Source: an uncultured Cytophagia bacterium (lineage in GTDB: Bacteria > Zhuqueibacterota > Zhuqueibacteria > Residuimicrobiales > Krinioviventaceae). From it: DNA of 37,490 nt. How positions within the stretch are numbered: the first letter of the stretch is position 1; every line of letters begins with the position of its first letter. The notes beneath the pieces were generated by a model that did no database searches, was not told where the DNA came from, and saw only the letters and a program-made list of their open reading frames with translations. The stretch covers positions 1 through 37,490 of the forward strand of contig CAYPZM010000004.1 of assembly GCA_964414825.1 (NCBI GenBank), in the 5' to 3' direction. Positions 31,041 to 37,490 of the stretch are shown here, one piece after another. A program made the position numbers and the translations under genes.

Positions 31041-33422
31041 TTAAAAATTTTCCTCGTCCTCTTCGTCAGCGTTGCCGAGGTTCATGCCTTCCAATTCGGC
31101 TGGCGAGACCAGTACGTCGCGGGCTTTGCTGCCTTCAAACGGACCGACTACGCCGGCATCCTCCAGTTGGTCGATGAGCCGAGCCGCGCGCGAGTATCCC
31201 ACTTTGAGTTTTCGCTGAATAATTGAAACCGATCCCTGGCCAGTCATGACTACTACTTTCATCGCTTCTTCAAACAAAGGATCCCGATCGCCGCCATCCA
31301 TAGAGTACCCATCCGCATCTTCATCTTCATCTTTGTAGGACGCCAATGGTCGTTTGGGGAATTCCGGTTGATGGCGCACATATTCGATAATCTGCTCAAT
31401 TTCTTCCAAGGAAATAAACGCGTTGTGCAAACGAACCGGCTCCGGACTGGCGGGCGGCATAAATAGCATGTCACCGCGCCCCAAAAGTTTTTCAGCTCCA
31501 TTCATATCGAGGATGGTGCGGGAATCGATTTTCGATGCCACTTGAAACGCAATTCGGGCCGGGAAGTTGGCTTTGATGACACCGGTAATCACATCCACCG
31601 ACGGGCGCTGGGTAGCGAGAATGAGATGAATCCCCACAGCACGCGACATTTGCGTGAGGCGGGCAATGGGCTCTTCCACATCGCGTGAGGCACCCGAGGT
31701 CATCATTAAATCCGCCAGCTCATCAACAACAATCACGAGATAATAGAGCGGTTGCGGATTGTCTTCTTGCGACGGCGAAAACATTCCTTCTTTAATACGA
31801 TGGTTGTACTCTTCAATATTTCGTACGCCAGCGGCGGCCAATAATGAATAACGGCGCTCCATCTCAAGCTCGACCGATTTTAGCACTTGAATGGCGCTTT
31901 TAGCATTGGTGGCGACTTTTTGCTTGCCGCCTTCCACATAATTTAAATGATGTTTGTACAATTTGGCGTAATTAGACAATTCGAGCCGCTTTGGATCGAT
32001 CATCACCAACTGCACTTCGGCAGGTGTGGCTTTGTAGATAAAGCTCATAATAATCGTATTCAAACACACGCTTTTACCAGAGCCTGTAGAGCCAGCCACC
32101 AGCAGATGCGGCATTTTTGCCAAATCCGCAAGGAAAGGTTTGCCGGCAATGGTTTTTCCAATAGCAAAGGTTAAAGGCGATTTAGATTCTTTAAACTCCG
32201 GTGTATCAATAATTTCTTGTAAATAAACCATTTCTGGCGCCGGATTGGGAATTTCGATACCGATTGTGGCTTTGCCCGGAATCGGCGCCACAATTCGAAT
32301 GCGTTTGGCGCGCATGGCCATGGCGAGATCGTCGGCAAGAGACATGACACGGGAAACGCGAATGCCAGGTGCCAATCCGAGCTCATACAACGTAATCACC
32401 GGACCGGGATGAATTTCCACCACATTGGCTTGAATGCCAAAATCCTCGAGTTTTTCTTCCAGCAACTGCGCATTAAGCCGGTAGGCTTCTTCGCTGATGC
32501 CTTCGGTTTGTAAAGGCGGAACCGCCAGCAAATCCAGCGGCGGCAGGTCGTAGGTTTTGATGTAGGTTGAAGACGAAACAAAATCGATTTGTTCCTCATC
32601 GGTTTCCGGATCAAGCAGATTAACTTGCTCGTCTTCGTCGGCCGAACTCGGAGTTATTGGCTGGCTGATGGTTGGAGGAACCGGGGATTCGCGCTGCGGC
32701 TCCGCGCGGTTGATCACAGCAGGCTCGCGCCGAAACGATTCTCGTTCGTTGACAATTTTGGGCTGCGGTTTAGGCTTGGCTTTGGAAAGAGTTGACCGCA
32801 CGGATCCGGTAAATTTGTAATACGACCGCACCAAAACGGATTCGATTTTTTGCAGCAATTCGGATAGACTGATGGTGGTGATCAGCAAAACCGTCAGCAA
32901 AATAATGCCGATTAGCAAAATGATAGCACCGTACTGGCCAAAAAAGAACATTAGCACTTTGGCGCCCACGCCGCCCATATAGCCGGAAAAGGTGAACGCT
33001 GGTGGTGGTCCATCCATGGCGGAAATCGAATCGTGCAGCGCAAAGGCTACGGAAATATAAAAGGCAAACAACAAGGTAAAGCCGGTCCATTTGGCCAATT
33101 GCTGCATATCTTTTTGCAGCAAACGGTTCCAACCCCACACAAAAATGAGAAAAGGTAAAACCAGAACGGGATAACCAATAGTCCAGCGAATAAGAAAATA
33201 CGAAATATAAACTCCAGCCCACCCCATGCCATTATTGATTTTATCGCCGGCTGCTATGGAATCGGGCGTTTCGGAAGGATTGTAGGAATAGAGGGCAATG
33301 AACACCAGGGCGCTGAACAAAATCAGCAGAATCCCCAAAATTTCCTGCTCTTTTTCGGGCGGAATTGTGGGACGTGGTGCTGGTTTTCGTTGTTGAGATT
33401 TTCGTGATTTACGTTTTGTCAT
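31041..33422 (-). CDS. ftsK: DNA translocase FtsK
   Basis: N-terminal TM helices, Pro/Gln-rich linker, motor domain with Walker A LVAGSTGSGKSVCLN, VVDELADLMM, ATQRPSVDVITG, and a C-terminal winged-helix gamma domain (SVSIIQRKLKVGYSRAARLIDQLE). Confidence 0.95.
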   Translation of the reverse strand: MTKRKSRKSQQRKPAPRPTIPPEKEQEILGILLILFSALVFIALYSYNPSETPDSIAAGDKINNGMGWAGVYISYFLIRWTIGYPVLVLPFLIFVWGWNRLLQKDMQQLAKWTGFTLLFAFYISVAFALHDSISAMDGPPPAFTFSGYMGGVGAKVLMFFFGQYGAIILLIGIILLTVLLITTISLSELLQKIESVLVRSYYKFTGSVRSTLSKAKPKPQPKIVNERESFRREPAVINRAEPQRESPVPPTISQPITPSSADEDEQVNLLDPETDEEQIDFVSSSTYIKTYDLPPLDLLAVPPLQTEGISEEAYRLNAQLLEEKLEDFGIQANVVEIHPGPVITLYELGLAPGIRVSRVMSLADDLAMAMRAKRIRIVAPIPGKATIGIEIPNPAPEMVYLQEIIDTPEFKESKSPLTFAIGKTIAGKPFLADLAKMPHLLVAGSTGSGKSVCLNTIIMSFIYKATPAEVQLVMIDPKRLELSNYAKLYKHHLNYVEGGKQKVATNAKSAIQVLKSVELEMERRYSLLAAAGVRNIEEYNHRIKEGMFSPSQEDNPQPLYYLVIVVDELADLMMTSGASRDVEEPIARLTQMSRAVGIHLILATQRPSVDVITGVIKANFPARIAFQVASKIDSRTILDMNGAEKLLGRGDMLFMPPASPEPVRLHNAFISLEEIEQIIEYVRHQPEFPKRPLASYKDEDEDADGYSMDGGDRDPLFEEAMKVVVMTGQGSVSIIQRKLKVGYSRAARLIDQLEDAGVVGPFEGSKARDVLVSPAELEGMNLGNADEEDEENF

Positions 33423-33424
33423 AA

Positions 33425-34156
33425 CTAAAGTGTTATTCGGCCTTGCCTGTAAATGGGTACGACCGGACAGGCATCCATTTGAGCGCAGACAGCCAAGTCG
33501 GAGCCGTAACCGATATTGCGTAAAAAATCGCCATGCGGACTGGATTGCAGTAAATCGAACACCCGGTTTTCAAACGTTCGTGCCAATTCGGCAATTTCTT
33601 GCGCTTTGGGTTCGAGCTGATACAAATCCGGAGCCGAGTCCAAAAGCGAATTGATCAGAAAACCTACGCACACCGAATCTTCGATGGAAAACTTGCCATA
33701 AATCCCGGCGGCTATGGCGGAGACATCCAATTCGCTCTCCAGAACATAAGTTGCGGCCGCGCTTTTATTTAAAAAGGACAACACCACAGCCTGTTCGGCA
33801 TTGGCGGCATGCACCAAAGCTTTTGTGCCATTGGTCGTGGTGGTGATTAAAACCTTGTCCAAAATCACATCTCGAAAATATTCTTGTGGCGAATTGCCAA
33901 AATGAAATCCCGGAACCGGTTTTCCCTCTCGTTCACCACCCAGCAAAAACGAATCGGGCATCAATTGCGCTGCCGTTTCACGCGCTTGTTCCACTGTTTT
34001 GACTGGGATGACTGCTTGGCATCCATTGTAAAGCGCGGTTGTAATAGTTGAGGTGGCGCGAAGCACATCCGCCACCACGGCAATGGTTCCTTTTACTTTA
34101 GAATCTTTTACTGCGTCCGCTGTTTCGAAATAGCGTATTCGTCGTTTCCTGCCCAA
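33425..34156 (-). CDS. comB: 2-phosphosulfolactate phosphatase (ComB) family protein
   Basis: VVADVLRATSTITTALYNGC..VIPV and LLGGEREGKPVPGFHFGNSPQEY are ComB-family motifs. The preferred start is TTG 34156, 1 nt after the gcvT stop with AAGGGA upstream. The ATG 34213 of the track ORF would overlap gcvT by 56 nt. Confidence 0.7.
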   Translation of the reverse strand: MGRKRRIRYFETADAVKDSKVKGTIAVVADVLRATSTITTALYNGCQAVIPVKTVEQARETAAQLMPDSFLLGGEREGKPVPGFHFGNSPQEYFRDVILDKVLITTTTNGTKALVHAANAEQAVVLSFLNKSAAATYVLESELDVSAIAAGIYGKFSIEDSVCVGFLINSLLDSAPDLYQLEPKAQEIAELARTFENRVFDLLQSSPHGDFLRNIGYGSDLAVCAQMDACPVVPIYRQGRITL

Positions 34157-34157
34157 G

Positions 34158-35240
34158 TTATCCCTTTTTGTAAAACGGCGGTTTGATAATGCGCGCCGGC
34201 ACCCGTTTGCCACGAATTTGGACTTTAATTTCCGTACCTATTTTGGCTGCTTCGCTGGCAACATAACCAAGTCCAATGCCTTTTTCCAACATGGGCGAGA
34301 CCGTGCCGCTTGTGACCGCGCCGATTTCCTCGCCATCTTTTAGCAGCGTGTAACCGTGCCGTGGAAAGCCTTGATCTTCCAACTCGAACGCGACCAGTTT
34401 GCGGGCAAGTCCCTTCTCTTTCGCTTCCAGAATGGCATCGCGACCAATGAATGTTGTATCCAGCTTGGTAATCCAGCCCAATCCTGCTTCCAGCGGATTG
34501 GTGGTTTCGTCGATATCATTGCCATATAGACAATATTTCATTTCCAGCCGAAGAGTATCTCGGGCGGCCAGGCCAATGGGTTCGATGTCAAATTCTTTGC
34601 CTGCGTCCAAAAGCGCCTTCCAAATTTGCTCGGAAAACTCTTTGGGGAAACAGAGCTCAAATCCGGGTTCGCCGGTATAGCCGGTGCGCGATACGGTCAT
34701 CTCCACCCCATCTACTTTGCCCTGTTCCATCCAATAAAATGAAATGTCAGCCAACGGCAAATCCGTTATTTTTTGCAGCGTTGCTTCGGCTTTGGGACCT
34801 TGCAAGGCAAGAAGGCTCAGCTCGTCACTTTTATCTTCAAGTTCAACGTTTGGAACCGCGTGTTGTTTTACCCACAACCAATCTTTTTCAATATTCGCTG
34901 CATTTACCACCATCATATAAGAATTTTCAAAACGGTACACGAGCAGATCATCGACAATCCCGCCATTTTCGTAACACATGGCAGAATACTGCACTTGATT
35001 CACGGCAAGTGAACTCACGTCGTTAATTGTTAGCCATTGCAGCAGTTCGAACGCCGCATCGCCTTTAAAAAAAAATTCCCCCATGTGCGACACGTCAAAG
35101 AGACCCACTGTGCTGCGTACGCGTCGATGCTCTTGTCTGATGCCCGCATATTGGATGGGCATGAGAAATCCGGCAAATTCTACCATTTTAGCTTGATGCT
35201 GCACATGAAGATCGTAGAACGCTGTTTTTTTGATGGCCAT
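34158..35240 (-). CDS. gcvT: Glycine cleavage system aminomethyltransferase T
   Basis: MAIKKTAFYDLHVQHQAKMVEFAGFLMPIQY..VGLFDVSHMGEF...SRTGYTGEPGFEL. ATG 35240 with GGGAG 6 nt upstream. Confidence 0.9.
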   Translation of the reverse strand: MAIKKTAFYDLHVQHQAKMVEFAGFLMPIQYAGIRQEHRRVRSTVGLFDVSHMGEFFFKGDAAFELLQWLTINDVSSLAVNQVQYSAMCYENGGIVDDLLVYRFENSYMMVVNAANIEKDWLWVKQHAVPNVELEDKSDELSLLALQGPKAEATLQKITDLPLADISFYWMEQGKVDGVEMTVSRTGYTGEPGFELCFPKEFSEQIWKALLDAGKEFDIEPIGLAARDTLRLEMKYCLYGNDIDETTNPLEAGLGWITKLDTTFIGRDAILEAKEKGLARKLVAFELEDQGFPRHGYTLLKDGEEIGAVTSGTVSPMLEKGIGLGYVASEAAKIGTEIKVQIRGKRVPARIIKPPFYKKG

Positions 35241-35285
35241 CAGCCGCTCCCTCGTGCTGTACATTTAATGAAAATTCGGATATCC

Positions 35286-35314
35286 AAAATAGTATATATT
35301 TACCATACAGTCAA
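35286..35314 (-). promoter_or_regulatory. Candidate sigma70-type promoter of gcvT
   Basis: The minus strand reads TTGACT (35314-35309), 17 nt, TATTTT (35291-35286), about 45 nt upstream of the gcvT ATG. Confidence 0.35.
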
Positions 35315-35330
35315 GGCCAAATTTGGCAGG

Positions 35331-35362
35331 ACAAAATGAGAGGACCGGCAAAAGATTGCCGG
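35331..35362 (-). terminator. Probable terminator of rseP
   Basis: On the minus strand, the rseP TAG is followed immediately by CCGGCAA-TCTT-TTGCCGG (7-bp stem, 35345-35362), then the U-rich but imperfect tail TCCTCTCATTTTGT. Confidence 0.4.
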
Positions 35363-36442
35363 CTATTTACCCAATTGCAAAAAGTCGTTTACAATGACAA
35401 ATACCATGAGCGCCAGAAGTAGCGCCATCCCGACTTGTTGAATGGCCATTTTGAATTTGTTGGACAAGGGCCTGCGAATGATGCCCTCGATGGTTAGTAG
35501 AACAAGGTGGCCACCGTCGAGCACGGGCACGGGGAACAGATTAATCAAGCCCAAATTGATGCTCAATAGCGCTGCAAATCCCAGCAGCGCCAGGAATCCG
35601 CCTTGGGCAACTTGTCCCGACATTTCAGCTATACGCAGCGGTCCAGCGAGCGCATCTTTGGCCGGAACCTGGCCGCTGATTAAAATACCAAACGATTTAA
35701 AAATGAGCAGCGTTTTATCCACGGTGTTCAAAGTGCCATAATAAATTCCCTTGAACAAGCCGACATTTTCCACTTGGGTGAGCGGACCAATGCCGATCAG
35801 TCCAATTTCATTTATGGGATCGAGCTGTGGCGTAACTGCGGCGGAAAATTCTTCGCCATTACGTACCCATGAGATTTGTAGTTCTTCTTCCGGCGAGTTG
35901 TGTACGATGGTCAATAAATCATTCCACTTTTCAATGGACTGGCCATTGATCGACGTAATACGGTCGCCTTCTTGCAAACCAATTTCTGAGGCTGGAGCAC
36001 CTTGAAACACATCGCCGACCACGGGCTGCATCGGTTCTACTGGTCGCTCAATTCCAGTGGACATGAATATCGCCGAATAAATAAAAACCGCCAAAAGAAT
36101 ATTGAACAGCGGGCCTGCAAAAATCACCAGAAATCGCGCCCAAATTGGTTTGGACATGAACTCGTAGGGTTCGCCCTTTACCGAACCGGCGTCCATACTT
36201 TCGTCAATCATTCCGGACATTTTTACATAGCCACCAAGCGGTACCGCGGAAATGCAGTAATCCGTATCGCCCACTTTTTTGCCAAACAGGCGCGGCGGGA
36301 AACCGAGCGAAAAACGCTCCACGCGGATACCCACCAGTTTGGCCAGCAGAAAATGCCCCAATTCGTGAACAAATATCAACAAACCAATAGTAAAGATGAA
36401 CGGGATACCATAATTAATAACGATATTTAAAATATTTTGCAT
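35363..36442 (-). CDS. rseP: RIP site-2 zinc metalloprotease RseP (M50 family, PDZ-containing)
   Basis: FVHELGHFLLAK (HExxH), a central PDZ region (GLQEGDRITSINGQ), and NLFPVPVLDGGH. Start is ambiguous among ATG 36442 (GGGA 6 nt upstream, preferred), ATG 36448 and TTG 36454. Confidence 0.9.
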   Translation of the reverse strand: MQNILNIVINYGIPFIFTIGLLIFVHELGHFLLAKLVGIRVERFSLGFPPRLFGKKVGDTDYCISAVPLGGYVKMSGMIDESMDAGSVKGEPYEFMSKPIWARFLVIFAGPLFNILLAVFIYSAIFMSTGIERPVEPMQPVVGDVFQGAPASEIGLQEGDRITSINGQSIEKWNDLLTIVHNSPEEELQISWVRNGEEFSAAVTPQLDPINEIGLIGIGPLTQVENVGLFKGIYYGTLNTVDKTLLIFKSFGILISGQVPAKDALAGPLRIAEMSGQVAQGGFLALLGFAALLSINLGLINLFPVPVLDGGHLVLLTIEGIIRRPLSNKFKMAIQQVGMALLLALMVFVIVNDFLQLGK

Positions 36443-36495
36443 AATCATTCCCAAGTCTGTAGTTTTTTATGAGACGCTTAACTAAACGAAAAGAT

Positions 36496-37490
36496 TCATT
36501 TAAAAATTCCTGTGGCCAAATTCCGCGCGAATTCCCGGGCCCATTTGTCAGCGCTTAACAGAATTGGCACGGAGACCTCTTTGGCATAGTCGTGTTCGGA
36601 CACCGCCTTTTTTATAATCTCCGGAATGGCCAAAAACGGAATCTGCTGATTCAGAAACAGCGACACGGCCACTTCGTTTGCGGCATTCAACACTGCAGGT
36701 GCCGTGCCGCCCCGGCGTAGCGCCTCGTACGCCAAAGTGAGGCATTGGAATTTGTTGAAATCAGGAACATCAAAAGCTAAAGATTTCAACGTTGAAAAAT
36801 CGAGCCGCGGAAAATCCGAGGCGCACCGTTCCGGATAGGTCATGGCCAACTGAATCGGCACTTTCATATCCGGCACCCCGAGCTGCGCTTTGATCGAGCC
36901 GTCGCGAAATGTCACCATAGAATGGATGATGGATTGCGGATGAATGACGACGCGAATCTTTTCCGCGGCCACACCAAACAGCCAGTGCGCTTCAATGACC
37001 TCCAGACCTTTGTTCATCATGGTGGCCGAATCGATGGTAATTTTTGACCCCATGCTCCAATTCGGGTGCTTTAAAGCATCTTGAACGGTGACAGTCTTTA
37101 ATTGTTCCTTGGGCAGATTCCGAAACGGTCCGCCAGAGGCGGTTAATAAAATTTCTTCAATTGCGCAGTAATCTTCACCCATTAAACTTTGGAAAATGGC
37201 GCTGTGCTCGCTGTCGATGGGCAAAAGCTGCACGCCCTGTTGTTTTACCCGCTCCATGACGATTTGGCCGCCTATAACCAAAGTTTCTTTATTGGCCAAA
37301 GCGATATCTTTACCGCGATTTATCGCTTCCAGCGTCGGTAAAAATCCGGCAGCACCTACGACGGCATTGATCAGCAATTCAAAGTCAGCGGCGTCAACCA
37401 ATTCAATCAGGGCATTTTTACCCGTGAAAAGCGAGATATCGCGGCTAGCAAAAAAGTCTAGGTCCGATTTCTCACATTCTGTTCCGGTAA
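36496..37490 (-). CDS. dxr: 1-deoxy-D-xylulose 5-phosphate reductoisomerase (5' end beyond window)
   Basis: VVGAAGFLPTLEAI..GKDIALANKETLV, PIDSEHSAIFQ, LTASGGPFR, HPNWSMGSKITIDSATMMNKGLEVIEAHWLF. The frame stays open from 37401 to the window edge (..TGKNALIELVDAADF..), so the track start at 37401 is internal. Confidence 0.9.
   Translation of the reverse strand, partial: TGTECEKSDLDFFASRDISLFTGKNALIELVDAADFELLINAVVGAAGFLPTLEAINRGKDIALANKETLVIGGQIVMERVKQQGVQLLPIDSEHSAIFQSLMGEDYCAIEEILLTASGGPFRNLPKEQLKTVTVQDALKHPNWSMGSKITIDSATMMNKGLEVIEAHWLFGVAAEKIRVVIHPQSIIHSMVTFRDGSIKAQLGVPDMKVPIQLAMTYPERCASDFPRLDFSTLKSLAFDVPDFNKFQCLTLAYEALRRGGTAPAVLNAANEVAVSLFLNQQIPFLAIPEIIKKAVSEHDYAKEVSVPILLSADKWAREFARNLATGIFK

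Noticed and set aside
33425-34156. Linking the ComB-family (2-phosphosulfolactate phosphatase) gene to the sulfation theme
   Set aside because: It sits inside a tightly packed housekeeping run (gcvT-comB-ftsK-lolA). ComB-family proteins are widespread in bacteria without coenzyme M or sulfolactate metabolism. Nothing connects it to PAPS or EPS chemistry.
34157-34213. ATG 34213 start for the ComB-family gene
   Set aside because: It would overlap the gcvT 3' end by 56 nt and add a basic, non-homologous leader. TTG 34156, directly after the gcvT stop, gives an N-terminus of the usual length before the VVADVLRATS motif.
35241-35362. Glycine riboswitch upstream of gcvT
   Set aside because: The whole spacer is 122 nt. 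It is already occupied by the rseP terminator hairpin and a TTGACT-17-TATTTT promoter, leaving about 45 nt of leader. That is too short for a glycine aptamer, and no conserved aptamer core is visible.
1-37490. Scan for CRISPR arrays, tRNA/rRNA genes, IS elements, integrases, phage genes and known defence-system hallmarks
   Set aside because: I saw no regularly spaced repeats, no tRNA-like cloverleaf signatures (for example GGTTCGAAT-type T arms), no transposase, recombinase or nuclease ORFs, and no long terminal inverted repeats. The only large non-coding stretch (6344..6745) lacks array structure.

Overview
37.5-kb bacterial window. I saw no rRNA, tRNA, CRISPR array, transposase or integrase. 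It falls into four blocks. (1) 1-6343, + strand: a run of Type IX secretion (T9SS) cargo genes. These are the tail of a truncated gene, an orphan sorting-domain-only ORF, and two large tandem paralogs. Each paralog fuses an arylsulfotransferase (ASST)-family beta-propeller to Ig-like, FN3, CBM-like and T9SS C-terminal sorting domains. (2) 6746-10197: a tightly coupled GMC flavoprotein / SDR pair (+), then a Cys-rich zinc-ribbon miniprotein and a GNAT acetyltransferase (-). (3) 10318-30320, all on the - strand and tightly packed: bifunctional L-fucokinase/GDP-fucose pyrophosphorylase (fkp) plus a complete Wzx/Wzy-type exopolysaccharide (EPS) locus. The locus holds an SLBB-only mini-OPX, a Wzc tyrosine kinase, a UpxY-like NusG paralog, an SLC13 anion transporter with two TrkA-C domains, a beta-helix lipoprotein, Wzx, a Wzy-like polymerase, a PAPS-type sulfotransferase, a GT9, two GT4s, the priming phosphoglycosyltransferase and a Wzi-like barrel. 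(4) 30394-37490, - strand housekeeping genes: lolA, ftsK, a comB-family phosphatase, gcvT, rseP and dxr (partial). The most interesting reading is a sulfation theme. The EPS operon has an embedded sulfotransferase and anion transporter and a fucose-salvage enzyme alongside, which predicts a sulfated, fucose-containing (fucoidan-like) polymer. In the same window are secreted, carbohydrate-binding-module-bearing ASST-like enzymes. All calls rest on motif recognition by eye and no database search was run. T9SS tails, UpxY and Fkp suggest an FCB-group-like organism (inference only).
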